In this document: positions 47,877 through 60,876 of the stretch, piece after piece
Position numbering within the stretch: the first letter of the stretch is position 1
How the letters are laid out: every line of letters starts with the position of its first letter
Notes under the pieces: generated by a model
Database searches by the model: none
Seen by the model: only the letters and a program-made list of their open reading frames with translations
What the model was told of the DNA's origin: nothing
Made by a program: the position numbers and the translations under genes
Assembly (NCBI GenBank): GCA_964035545.1
Contig: OZ037771.1
Coordinates: 4,165,628-4,229,627 of the forward strand
From: Bugula neritina
Taxonomy: Eukaryota > Animalia > Bryozoa
Length of the DNA stretch: 64,000 nucleotides
Reading direction: 5' to 3'

Positions 47877-50800
47877 ATGGGAGTTATATGTGTCACTTGC
47901 GGCCGTGGAATGAAAGATTTGGTTATGAAAGAACTTCAATATAGATTCAATGCAAGAAGAGACTTTTCTATAATAAAGGTTAACTATGGGTGTCCAGCTG
48001 TAGTCCTCAAGTTTATAAATTCTGGCCTTTGACAAAGAATCTCAGCTAAAATTAAACTCTGCTTGTATGGGCAAACTATAATATTTTTAAGGGTAAATAG
48101 CAAATAGGAATATAGCTGAAATTAGAGGGAACATTGAAACATGAAAGAATTTATTTACCAACAATGTTAATATAAAGCACTGTAAATCTCAAATGTTTTC
48201 AATAGGATCCCTCTTTAGAAGGTAAAGTGTTTTTTACATGCCATCTCACAGATATATATGATGAGCTATTACAGCTGAAGTTAGTGGAGAGAATATTCAT
48301 AGTTGTGCATAAAGACACGCCTTCTACCAATAGCATCTGGTGGAGCAATGGTAAGCATATAATTTATACAAGTAGTAGTGAGTTAGTCATATGGAAGTAC
48401 AATTTTATGGCTCAAACATGTTTTCCTTGTCAGACATCAAAACTAAAACACACTTTAATCCTACAATTCCTGGCCTAGTAAATTTTCTTCTGTTCAAATA
48501 GAAAGGAAGTATAAAACGTTGCCAAGCAATGGTCATGTGATCAAACTCTGATTCGCAAGTGGTGTTATGTATTCTTTATTGTTTTGAGAGAAGATTGTTT
48601 TTTCTTGTATCAAATGTTGACTATACACACTGATATTATTGTGTTCCTGTTTCATATTATATTTTCATTGGTTTTGTTAATGTTGCAGATGACAGCATTG
48701 TTAGTATTGTACAAAGTTTTCTTATTGACATACAAAATACACTGAATGCTTGGCAGAGTTTACAGACTGATGAGGCAAAAGCTGTTCTTTCAACCAGTAA
48801 CAGCAGGTAAAGTAAAGTCCGTATATCTTTAACTACCAGAGACTAGCTTATGGTATACTTGCTACACTAATGTGTATCTCATTCAATACTCCAAAGTTTA
48901 TTTTAGTAGAAAAACACATGTAACTTCTAATTGTTGCGTTTGTATCTGCTTGATGTGCTCTAGCAACTGCTGAGATGAGTGAAAAGTGCTCTTAGTTGGT
49001 GTAACAACTGTACCCCTATACCACTGTACCCCTATACCACTGTACCCCTACACCACTGTACCCCTATACCACTGTACCCCTACACCACTGTACCACTAAA
49101 CTACTGTACCACTACACCACTGTACCCCTCACCACTGTACCACTGTTATATTTGTGAGTGTTGTCATTAGGCTTTAGAGATGATTATGAGAGTAACTGCT
49201 TAAGCTTTAAAAGCTATTAATCTAGATTTAAAAATTGTGTTTATAAGTTACAAATATTTGGTTATTCATTCATTCAGCCCTGATTCTGTGCACCAGGGAA
49301 AGAGAACTGTAGAGGGTAACCTGGTAGTGTGTGAGAGAAACTCTAATTGTATTAAAGATAAAGAACACAGCAGCTGCAATGGAGGTAAGACAACTACCAT
49401 GGTAATCAGAACAATCTTTAGTATAAGAATAATTACACAATATTAGTATAGAATTACTACCCTATACTAACATTGTATTATAACTAATACCATGCTATGT
49501 TTAACTATACAAACATTGTGTAACTTTCAATTTTTTTCAAAAAGATTCAAAGTGCTAGAAATGTTGTTTATAGTTAAGTCCTTTAAAGCCATAATTCCAT
49601 GATTGAGATGTTAATAAGTTGCGGAGAGCACCACATGAAGTGGAAAAGGTAAATTCGGGCTTTGGCTATATTTTTACTTTAACGTTTTACTGTAATTTAC
49701 ATCAAAAATTTCAACCGCAGTTTTATGTTGGATATTTTTACCATATGCGGAAGATTTGACTTGTTTGAACAGGTGGTAGTCAGGTGACACTTAGAGTAAG
49801 TGTCAAAGTGACAGGCTCATGCCGTGCTACTGTCTCCATAGAAAATGTAAGGAAGAGTGTGGGTGTCATACTAACCAACTCACTGGCAGGCAGTTACAAG
49901 GTGGTAGCAGGTGATGCTGACATTACACTCAACATAATGTGTAGGTAGGTGTCTACAAGGTGTCAGTTACTATACACTGTCGCTATACACTCTGCTACTA
50001 TACACTGTTACTATATACACTATTACTATACACTAAACACTCTGCTACTATACACTGTTACTATATACACTATTACTATACACTAAACACTCTTACTATA
50101 CACTGTTACTATCCACAGTTACTATACAGTATACACTGTTACTATACACTGTTACTATACACTGTTACTATACACTGTTACTATACACTGCTACTATACA
50201 CTGCTATTATACATTGTTACTATCTTGTAGTGATTTACTCTTACTCTTGGCAATACCTTTGAAGAAGAATCCCCTATCATTGAGAAGTTATTTAAAGTTT
50301 CCCGGACTTCGGTCCACGACGTGCGCTGCCTTAGTTCAGCTAGGTGAGTCAGCTACTAGGCTCGTCTTGATTGCAGGCTGTGAGAGCTCTAAGATTGATT
50401 AATTCTCTGTAAATCTTAAGTAATTGAAGAATGTATTCTATGATTTATCTGTTGTAGCCAGCAATTTATCTCAACAACAATTTCTGAAGGTCCTAATAAT
50501 ATCTTTCATAACTAGCAATATCTGCCGTAACTAGCAATATCTGCCGTAACTAGCAATATCTGCTATAACTAACAATTGTTCTTGGCAAGAAGTTTCAGTT
50601 AAGTTATGCGCTTGTTAGTCACTTCTCGGTTTTGGATCTATTTTGAAAATTGAAGGCATCTTCCACTAAAAGCACTACATTTCTCGGCAGGTTAATATTT
50701 TTAGTGTTTTTGAACAATAGTCTTTTTTGTTGAATCTACAGGGGATATTCAACCTTACGAGATAGTCTTAGATCCCATGTGTGGTGCTGGTACGGTGTTA

Positions 50801-51965
50801 TTGGAGGCTTCTCATGCCCAGCCTCTTGCCTACTATGTCGGGTTGGATATTGACTCTTCACAAATAAGTAAAGCTGTAGCCAACAAAGCCTTCTTCACTG
50901 CAGCATTCTCTCAGCCTCTCCATCTAGACATCGTGCAGTGTAGTGTTGAAGGTGCGAGCTGTTGCCTAGATATCAATGGTTAATATATACATCTCCAGAA
51001 TTTATGGAGAGTGTTGATTTGAAATTGATTTATTAAACACATTTTTTGCAAGGCGTTTGTTATAACAAAAAAAATATGTGATATTTATAGATATTAAACA
51101 GAAAGTTTCCTGATTGTGTCACTTAAAGCTGATGACAAATTTTAATTATGTATTTGTTTGCTCCACATTTAAACATAAAATTTATTAGTAATAGTGTTGA
51201 AACATTTCACTGTTAAGTATTTAGTGTATTAAAATTCCCTTTCAGCTCCGAGTTTCTTCAACTCTTTTGCTGATGTCATAGTTACTGATATACCATTTGG
51301 GGAGCAGCACACAGTGCAGGGGAATCTTTCTGACTTCTACCTGCGTTGCTGCCAACAGTTCACCAGGTCAGTATGTTGAGTCATCGTAAAGTAATTTCCT
51401 TTCCCAGTTACCGCTCGTTGAATGGTGTGCAGCTGCTCAATATATAAAATTCATTTGTATTGTACAAAATAATGAGCATTCTAAACCTGTATAAGTCCGA
51501 CATAAGAGATAAAGCAAAGCTATAGTCGCACACACATGTATGCAGTTCTTAAAGTATTCATCGTAAAGTTTATAAACTTGATGAGGAGAACACAATTTCT
51601 AATTTACATTCACAGCTCACTCTGGCAGAATATTCTTAAGATGAGACAACTCCTTTAATTATGTAGTTCATGCAAATGGCCAACAATCTCGTGTAACTTA
51701 AGTTGTTGCTGTGTTTTCGATAATCTTGACTGTATTCTTACGTGAAAGTTGAATACTGAATGACAGAATGTCAAGGTCGCATGGTTATTGCAGGTTGCTG
51801 TCGTTAAATGGGAGAGCTGTCGTCCTCGTCTCCAAGAAACAAGTCTCTTGTTTGACACAGCATGCTGTCAGCGTCGGGTTTCACATTAGTCGGCAGCATT
51901 ATATTACTCTGGGCAGGTCTGAGGTGTTCATCGTCTGTATGTCTAAAAAATCCCCAAGTATTTGA
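47877..51965 (+). CDS. THUMPD2: THUMP-domain SAM-dependent RNA guanine-N2 methyltransferase, THUMPD2-like
   Basis: Exons: 47877-47978, 48206-48350, 48689-48806, 49278-49384, 49773-49944, 50231-50343, 50742-50951, 51246-51366, 51794-51965. Motifs: VTCGRG, GKVFF, LKLVERIF, PLSLRSYLKFPGLRST, VLDPMCGAGTVLLEA, DVIVTDIPFG. Confidence 0.88.
49008..49146. repeat. Tandem repeat ACCACTGTACCCCTAT
   Basis: About 9 imperfect units. Confidence 0.9.
49965..50222. repeat. Degenerate CTGTTACTATACA tandem repeat filling a THUMPD2 intron
   Basis: Runs up to the acceptor at 50230. Confidence 0.9.
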
Positions 51966-51987
51966 AGATGCAGCCGTATAGTTGACT

Positions 51988-52185
51988 GGTGAACACAGAT
52001 GCTTGCTGTAAGTGTTGAAGATATAATCTACTGTTGAATACAGCTTCATACTGTAAGTGTTGAAGATATAGTCTACTGTTGAACACAGCTTCATACTGTA
52101 AGTGTTGAAGATATAGTCTACTGTTGAACACAGCTTCATACTGTAAGTATTGAAGATATTGTCTACTGTTGAACACAGCTCATAC
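51988..52185. repeat. 48-bp tandem repeat in the THUMPD2 3' UTR region
   Basis: About 4 copies of CTGTAAGTGTTGAAGATATAGTCTACTGTTGAACACAGCTTCATA. Confidence 0.9.
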
Positions 52186-53449
52186 ATCATCTGTTGATGT
52201 GTAAAACTTTAAAGTATTCTTTTACAATTGTTTTTGTTTGTATTCCAGCAACTGAATAGTAGTGACAGTTGCTTTTTCAAGTAGCTGAAATTTTTCAATA
52301 GCCTCAGCCCAGACTTATTTTCCTCCAGCAGCTCTAACCTTATGAAAGTGTTTGACTCACTGAAATATTACTCCAAGGAAGTTCAATGGTCTGAATACAA
52401 GATTCATTACACCTTTTGTGGAGTTGTCACACTTCGTATGGTGTCTGCTTCAGGGAGATAAACATCCACAGGACATTCTAAATAAAGTTGGACCTACACT
52501 GTTGCTGTAAAGTAGCATCTACCACTTTCACTGCATCTGTGCTGATCTGACATTGTTTGCTGCTGCTGCCTCTCTCATTCCTCTTGCTGCCAATGTCACA
52601 GAGTGCTACAAATATCTGAAGAAGTATCAACAAGTAAAAGGTGGTAGGTATTCAAAACAATTTTATAACTTAGTTTAACTATCTGGCATAGAAATCATTT
52701 CACACTTTTTGCTAACATACAAGGTGTTAGGTACTTTCTATGCCAGCTTTATATTAATTCATCAGGGAACACAACTCTATGTAGACAAGGAGTCTTGAAA
52801 CTTTAGTAACTTTTGTAACAAAGAGTTACAATTTAAATGTTGTTTTCAAATCATTTGCATGTCTTTTTTTGCAATTATCTTGTTGATATGAACTAAAGTT
52901 ATTCAACTGTCTACTGTTGTTAGTAGAACTGAATAATCTTTGTCAACTGCAACCCAAATGCTGTCCAAGGTCTCTGTTATAGTCAACTTCAAATTAACTG
53001 AATGTTGGTGTAAAATGCAATAAATAATGGAATATTATTATATTATGCATACTTTGCTTATCTCAATAGTGCTGTTCATGCTGGACATATGCTTTGTAGA
53101 AATGAAACCCATACAACCCATTGGATGACGTACTGTATCTCCAAAGTCGAATATCTCTCAGGATTCTGGTCTAAACAAACACATCTATTTCTATTCTACA
53201 TGAAATAATTATATATGGGAATTAAAGAGCTAAATTTAAATGTTTTTGCTACTAATATGTTGTTTTTCGGATATTTTCTATCTGTATTATAATTAGATTA
53301 GGTAAATTTAGTAGAAGACAATTTGCAACTAACGGTTATCATCGTGTATGTAAAATATTGTACATATCTATTAGTTTTCTATATTCAATATACAATGAGT
53401 CTCTCTAGACATCAACTCCTTAATCCAAGGAAGTGTTCTGCTATAAGAA

Positions 53450-53835
53450 TGTATCATAAAGTGTAAACTGTAGCAGTATATCATAAATTATCAATTGTAG
53501 CAGTATATCAAAGTGCATGAACTGTAGCAATATATTATGAAGTGTAAACTGTAGCAGTATATCATGAAGTGTAAACTGTAGCAGTATATCATAAATTATC
53601 AATTGTAGCAGTATATCAAAGTGCATGAACTGTAGCAATATATTATGAAGTGTAAACTGTAGCAGTATATCATGAAGTGTAAACTGTAGCAGTATATCAT
53701 AAATTATCAATTGTAGCAGTATATCAAAGTGCATGAACTGTAGCAATATATCATAAAAGTGTAAACTGTAGCAGTATATCATGAAGTGTAAACTGTAGAA
53801 ATATATCAAAGTATCAACTGCAGCAGTATATCAAA
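53450..53835. repeat. 27-bp satellite with 108-bp higher-order periodicity
   Basis: The units AACTGTAGCAGTATATCA... recur in a four-variant cycle, visible in ORF 53441-53809. Confidence 0.9.
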
Positions 53836-55214
53836 GAATACCATCTAATGATCGAGTGCATTTAAACTGTTATATAGCTGCACAGACACCAAATATTAGT
53901 TGATCTGCTTCCATATTCTGTACTAGTCTTTGTCAATTTTGAATACTGGAAAATACTTGCTAACATTTCCATACACTTGTATTTGTGGCACAAGTTTTTC
54001 CTCTTTGAACAGAAGTGGGATAATGCACTCGATGCTACCCTAGAATATTAACTGCTCAGTATTTTTAGACCCCTTTCTATGTATCAAAGTCTAATAACTA
54101 AACCACTAGTGCACCTGTTGAACCCAGGTGTAAATAAAAGTACCTTGAAATAAATTATTATAATTCATCTTCTCCAACACATGGTTTTGTTGAAGTGGAG
54201 GTTAGAAATGAGGATTAAACAAAGGAAACCCCAACTTTTGTTAATCTTTACGACTCCAAAGTGAACTGTTTGCTTTCTTCAATAATCCAAGAAAATAAAT
54301 ATGCAAACAATGTTAACTGCAGGGCTGCACTGAGTGGGTTTAGAGGAAGGTGCAGTTGGTGAACTCACAATACTTAATTGCAATATTTAGTGAGTCAAAT
54401 AATGAATTTGTTGAAAATGGAAGCAGTTAGTTCTGCTCCTAAACACATATTTATGTTCATCTTACAGGGATGTAGCAGTCTATTTCACATGGGAAACACC
54501 TGTTGAAATTTATGTTACTTGAAATTTAAGGCACTTGTGCATAATTATAACTCCTTTCCCTCTATAGTATGAGTTGAATCTACTTAAAATAAACATTATT
54601 GTATAAGAAAAGAACAGTTTTAGTGCAATGGTAGATTAGATTGAATTAGATTTTTAAATATAGCTACATGTTTGAAAATAATTAATTAATAGTCTTCCTC
54701 CATGTACTATAAGTTTCACCTTTGACCTTTTATGCAACTATAGCTCAAGAAAGCAAACTACATGTTGGTATTGTTGATGGAAAGAGTTTGAAAGATACAC
54801 ATAGATCCAACAAATACAAGCCATTTGATGCAATGGTAATGCAGAGCACAGTTCTAGCCCTAGTTACATGGCCATGGTTTAGGTGCAGTAACCACTCTAT
54901 CAACCAGATGGGTATATAACAAACCAATACTTGGTAACTGAGAAGAGCTTTTACACTGCATCATCTGTATGCAGTCTACCGGTAATAAGTGGTCTACCAT
55001 TTTCCACTTGCCATTATTTCTGAGAGTATTTAGTTCCACAAAGTGGAGTTTTCATAGTGCAGCTTCTAAACTTAAAGTACATCTCAATGCTTTAAAATAT
55101 CTTGTCTCAGTTTAACAAAATATTCAACAGCTATATATGATTTCCAAGGATGGAGTATGGCACCCCTCTGACAGAGTTCATAAGCACTTTGGCTATGAAA
55201 TCTGAGGGGTAGTC

Positions 55215-55375
55215 AGAGTTTTTCTATAAGCAGCTCCTAGTGGGGGGTGATTGAGTGCAGTAGTTCGCGGTTCTCCAGTTTGGAGTTGTTGAAACCACCA
55301 ACTTCAAACTCGAGAAAACGCAAACTACTGCACTCAGTCACCCCCAACTCGGCACTGCTTATAGAACAATTCTAG
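55215..55375. mobile_element. Short palindromic MITE, copy 2
   Basis: TTCTATAAGCAG...GGTGATTGAGTGCAGTAGTT...AACTACTGCACTCAGTCACC...CTGCTTATAGAA, homologous to 42368-42510. Confidence 0.85.
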
Positions 55376-56318
55376 TAGTCATGTCAATGCTAAAATCTCA
55401 AGTTCTATTCTTCACCGATGCTTTTGGCAAATTTGTAATGTTGCCTGCTTATACGAAAGAGTGTGATTTTGCTCCATTATTTATTAGTAATTGTCTTTCC
55501 ACCAGCACTATTACATTGAACTGTTTTGTGACCACTGCTGGAAAAATGGGGCAGTTGCAGTTGAGGCAATGCCACAACAGATAAAACTTTTCAGTATAAA
55601 GTTGCATTTAGTTTTTTATATTATTTTATTAGGGTAATACTAGCAAAATTAAGGTATATAATAATAATTATAATGCAAGACATTGTTAGTAATTTAGAGG
55701 TACAACAAGAGCCGAATATTTTACAGTATAAAAATAACATTCTTCTATACGGATATGCATTGCAAGGTTCAACTGAAATATTTTATAGCTATGAAATGCT
55801 TCTCGCCAAATAATCATTACAATATAATATTTATTATTCTACAAAAACTATTGATTATAATTTGTAGCATGCTGTATATACATCCACTATCTGTGTGGTT
55901 AAAGATGACATGTTTAATGCAAATATGGAATACACCACCAGCACTTCAAACAAACTGTAAACACATTCATTAAATCTGACATCATTTCAAAGTCTCTTTT
56001 GCAAATGTCCAGCAAGTCTTCATTGAGGTCAACACTGAGTGTGATGATGGCTTTAGTAGTTTAATAACAAACACCCAGTTACTTCAGAGAAGAGTGACTT
56101 AAAAAAAACTGACGTCACTTTACCGATTATCATTTCCCAAAACCAATCACAGCACTTCGACCTTAAACCATATCAATACTTGAGGTAGCGTCGTTTATAA
56201 AATCCACGGCAATTTAACAACTATCGTCTCACCGACAGTTTTACTTGAGCAGTCTAGCAATTAAGAAAATAAATAAAGATTTATAATACAGTTCAGTGTG
56301 ATGAGTCATCACTTTGAG

Positions 56319-57591
56319 TCAGTATGCAGTGGTTGGGCGAATAGATAGCCATTCACATATTTTTGGATGCGACTCAAATCGAGACCTCCATTCTCTCAGC
56401 TTCCAGTACGACTTCCTGTCGAGAAAGTCAGGTAGAAACATGCTGATGTTGTCAAACGCCACGTATATAACTGCATCTGCCAGACTCACCTGTAAAAACA
56501 GGATATTTACAATATAACAAGCAGACGGGAAGAGGGTAGATAGAACAATTACGCATTAAATTAAAGGTCAACAGATTAAACCACTGAATGTATGCCAATC
56601 ACTGATATGACACATATAACTTAGACGGCAGCATGTTTCAAATAGACATTTAAGTATCTAGCACTTTACATCCTGTATGGAAATTAGCCCAAGTACTTTT
56701 GGGCTGTTTGTGGTGTTGGTGGTGTGAGAACATGCCCTGCTTTGTTTCGCTTTCTCAAAATCAGCATATTCAATTGACATAGATTCTTACCAGAATTACA
56801 ATAAAGGGTTTCTACACTCAACCCCACATACCTGATCAAGAAACCACTCAGAACTTAGGTTTTCTGTGAGATAGTTCAAAAACCTTGGTAACAAATCTTC
56901 GCTATATTTAAATAGCACTTCATTCTAAAATAAGATAAATCACCCATTCTATATTTGAAAATTATAACAATTCAAATCATAATTAAAATAAATTATTTAT
57001 TAAATAAAACACAGGCACATTTAACTTTTAAATTTAAAAAATTAAGTAGCAGCTAATAAATGTTTTAATTTCTAGAATTATCTATAAAATAAGTAAGTGC
57101 TGGCTGCAGCATCAACCGTACAATAATCACAATGGTTGATATTAATGCTATACCAACTAACTTGCAAGCACCTGCTTTGTTTGACATGTTTGTGATTGCA
57201 ACTATCAGTGTGTTTACATAAACTAGCAACCATCCTAGTAAACAATGAGCCTGTTACTTCATTCACAATATTCATATACACTATCTTATCTACAAGACTA
57301 TCCCCTTGAATAAACTTGCCCTGTTACAAAATGTATGAACTCTTTATAAAGAAATAAATTTGAGAAAGGGAATCAACTTGATTTGTCCTTAAAAAGAATA
57401 TTTTACTGTTGCATGATCGCAGCCTATGTTAAACTTTTATATGCTATAGTTTACTATATAAAACTTTTAGCTTACCCTTTTGTTTTCATCTTTCTCGTTA
57501 AAGATTTCTGCAATTGGGTTTATGCTATCTCTCATGGTCTCCACTATCATATCTACTTTGACTTTGTCTGAACTAGTTCTTCCATCCAAAC
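56319..57591 (-). CDS. Glutathione S-transferase (sigma-class / S-crystallin-like), C-terminal domain exons; 5' exons not located
   Basis: Exons 57591-57476 (GLDGRTSSDKVKVDMIVETMRD...), 56924-56832 and 56489-56319 (VSLADAVIY...FESHPKICEWLSIRPTTAY*) splice in phase and show sigma-GST hallmarks. Confidence 0.8.
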
Positions 57592-59174
57592 CTGAAACGC
57601 AAGCAAAAAAATTATTAATTAGTAAAATTGATTTTAAAATAAATATTGCCAGCATTAAAGTATTAACTTAAAAAACAGTTCTTTAGGTTTATTTGACCAA
57701 TTTGTTTTAAAAAACTAGGCACTATTTAAATTGTGATTAGAAGTTGTCCTCCCATTAGAATATGAAGCTCGCGCATAAAGGGTGTAGCAAAACATGTCAA
57801 GTTGTGGGCGATGTGGTTTACCATAACGATAGCGCACTGTCGGCATAAACTCAGTCAGTGTGTTAGTCAGTGATTAAAATATGCCTTGTTGTAAAGAAAC
57901 AATTCCTTAATGTTAACTCAATTAATCATATATAATCTTATACTTTATTTCCCATTCATACTTTAAACACCTTTTAATTCCTCCGAACTTGCAGTTCTGG
58001 CTTCGATACGAACAAATGAAGAAGGAAGTGCCCCATTGCACCCAAAGTTGCGCGTATCGAGTATTATTTTAGCAAAGTATTTCACGCTGTGATGTTATAA
58101 AGTGAAGGGATTCCCTGTGTGTAACTGTGATAATTATAACATTGAAACTTAGTGCATTTCACTTGCGTTTGCACTAGTTGAACCCGTTGCAGGTTCATCA
58201 AGCGAATTGATGTGCAGCAGTTAAGAAATGTAGCTATCTCGTGTGCTAATATTTTGTTGGTGCTTTAACTCATTCATGAGGGTACATTAGGTTCTAACCA
58301 GTGCTCAATCTAAAATAATGGGGGGCTTAGAGTTGGACTCCCTAACTAAATCTTGGCGTATGAGTTTATGAGGTAAATAAACACGGATCTGAGCTGATTT
58401 ATTAAATGAGTTTGCACTAAAATACCTGCTGCCTTTGCAGCAATGCCACAGGCTAGGTCACTCAGTATCAAACCCAACACGATTAATTCTTGCCAAGGGT
58501 TCTATCAATGATAATTAAAAAACAAAAGACACAAGTAAGGCCTAATCTTCATTAATATGTCATAACATTAAGAAAGTAGTTTTGTAATTGTAACTAATAA
58601 CAATGAATTAAAATGGAAAGTTTTATTTTGCAAGAAATGTCAGTCCACAACTAATCAATGCAAGTGCAAAGTTTAGATGTACCAGAGGTTAAGTATAGAG
58701 GAGCTATTTTTGCACTAGTTTGCACTCCCAGCTGCACCAAATAAACTCAGATATAGAGATACAAATTTAATAACTAGTAAGTATAATTAAGCCGTAGTAG
58801 TTGAATGCTTTAATTAGATATATGTCGAAAATATTTTCAATTTTAGGAAATTTCTCAGCCAGTTTAGTTGAAGCTATTGGAGAAATTGAGAAAAGCCTGT
58901 GTTCTAGACTGAAAATATAGCAAAAGAAATGGTGCTTTGAATTTATTAAGAAAATTAAAGAGCTTGCGCTATTGGAATTTCTCTCCTACCGCACCTAAAT
59001 GATTAAGCTACAGTTCTCAAAGCTGAACTAAAAAAACTAGCAAATCTAGGGCCATTCAAAAAGAAAGCAATAAGCCACATGGAGATTTTAAATGACTATT
59101 TGTAGTGAGAAAGGGAGAAAAAGTTATGATTGTGTAATATAAACTTTTCTTAATTATTGGATAGCCATCACAGC

Positions 59175-59289
59175 ATAGCAGCAGTATTACTAGTAGTACG
59201 AGAAGTAATAGTAGTAGCAGCGGCAGTAGTACTAATAGTAGTAGCAGTAAAAGTATAAGTAATAGTTGTTGCTGTAGTATTAATAGTAT

Positions 59290-59321
<32 letters not shown>

Positions 59322-59367
59322 GTAGTAGTAGCAGTAGTATTAGTAGTAGTAGTAGTAGTAGTAGTAG

Positions 59368-59456
<89 letters not shown>

Positions 59457-59493
59457 ATAGCAGCAGCAATAGTAGTAGTAGTAGTAGTAGTAT
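59175..59493. repeat. (AGT)n microsatellite
   Basis: Read directly. It is the source of the poly-L and poly-T ORFs. Confidence 0.97.
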
Positions 59494-60671
59494 CAAGATG
59501 TAGCAATGTCTATATGTTTCATTCATAAAACCTCTTTGCATTTTGCCATGCTACTTAGTTATGTGATGGACCTTGATAATAATTACAAAAACATTCATGC
59601 AGCAGCACAATGAAATCCTATACAAGGCATATACATACATATGTAGGAGTTGTTTTGCCTGAGTTCAAATCTTCCAACACCGTTATGCATTAAATATTTG
59701 AGACCAAAACCTGCCAGATGCATTTTCTCAGCTTTAAAAGAGTTAAAATACATATCTGCATTCGTGAAAATCCATTGTAAAAATAAATCATTATTCAAAC
59801 TGTTCAAGTTGCATACATAATAGCAATTTTATCACGGTTTTTACCAATTATATATTCTTAATGTGCAGTTAATTTTGGGGGACAGGATGTGCGCATGACG
59901 AATGGGTTCGATTCAGGCTCAAGTTTACTACTTTCCCCTTGAAGTCCGCCACGTCAGACACGTCTGCACTTTGAACGTGACTCATCCCTACTAACTTACT
60001 GGCTGCGTTAGAGAGACAGCCGTGGGAACTGAATGCCAGTAAAGGGGAAGGAACGAAGCAAGAATTATGTAATCACTTATAATGTTGACAAGGCCTATCT
60101 TTCACAGGCTGGTGAAGTTCATTAACCATGCATTTGTCACGCAAAATATGCCAAAGTTGGTTAGTATTAATTTTATATCATGATACATTTAAAAGCATCA
60201 TTCATTCGTGTTTACTTGTATGCTACAATCAAATGAATGATGGCAAAGTAATTAGCTATGCTGATTTATATAGTTCCGAAATATTTAAGTATTTGTTGGC
60301 AATGCCTGCCTATTATATGTCTCATGAACTTGCAGACGAACTGTCTTAATGCCAAACTCATTTTCTGAGACATGAAAATATTTCAAACCTGGCACGTGGG
60401 GATGGGGTAATTGTAATTGACCCCAACCCTGCTGGCACGTGGGGTTTTGGAATTGCAGTTACTGCACACTCAGCATTACAAGGGAAATGTTTGAATAGTT
60501 AGTAGTAGGTTTAGTTATTCACATTTCATTCTACACATAGTTGCAAATAATATTTGCTAGATATTGTAAAACAATTCGAGTTTGAAAATCAGCTAGCAAA
60601 AAGAATTAAGAAATAAAAAACAATTGTGTAACTAAACAGTATAATTATCCAAGTGTTGAATATAAGAAACT

Positions 60672-60876
60672 AGCGGAAGTTTATAGTCACTATTTCTAAG
60701 AGAAACCCCTAATGGAAGGGGTTGTTGCTAAATCGGGCTAAGGACTTATTCAGGTGGGGCACAGGAGCAATTATGACTGGATGCTCTTCCTAACATAACC
60801 AATGGCCTTTGTCCGGCTGGAACCCATGACCTCGCGTTTACTAGGCAAACACTCTAACCCCTAGACCCTGCTCCCT
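60672..60876 (-). mobile_element. tRNA-derived SINE, near full length, reverse orientation
   Basis: Reverse complement of the 47132 family: GGACTTATTCAGGTGGGGCACAGGAGCAATTATGACTGGATGCTCTTCCTAAC...GAACCC...CTAGACC. Confidence 0.8.

Noticed and set aside
59595-59807. YFNSFKAE segment as the missing GST N-terminus
   Set aside because: The similarity is limited to a few residues, and there is no following GQ.P or QS motif exon.
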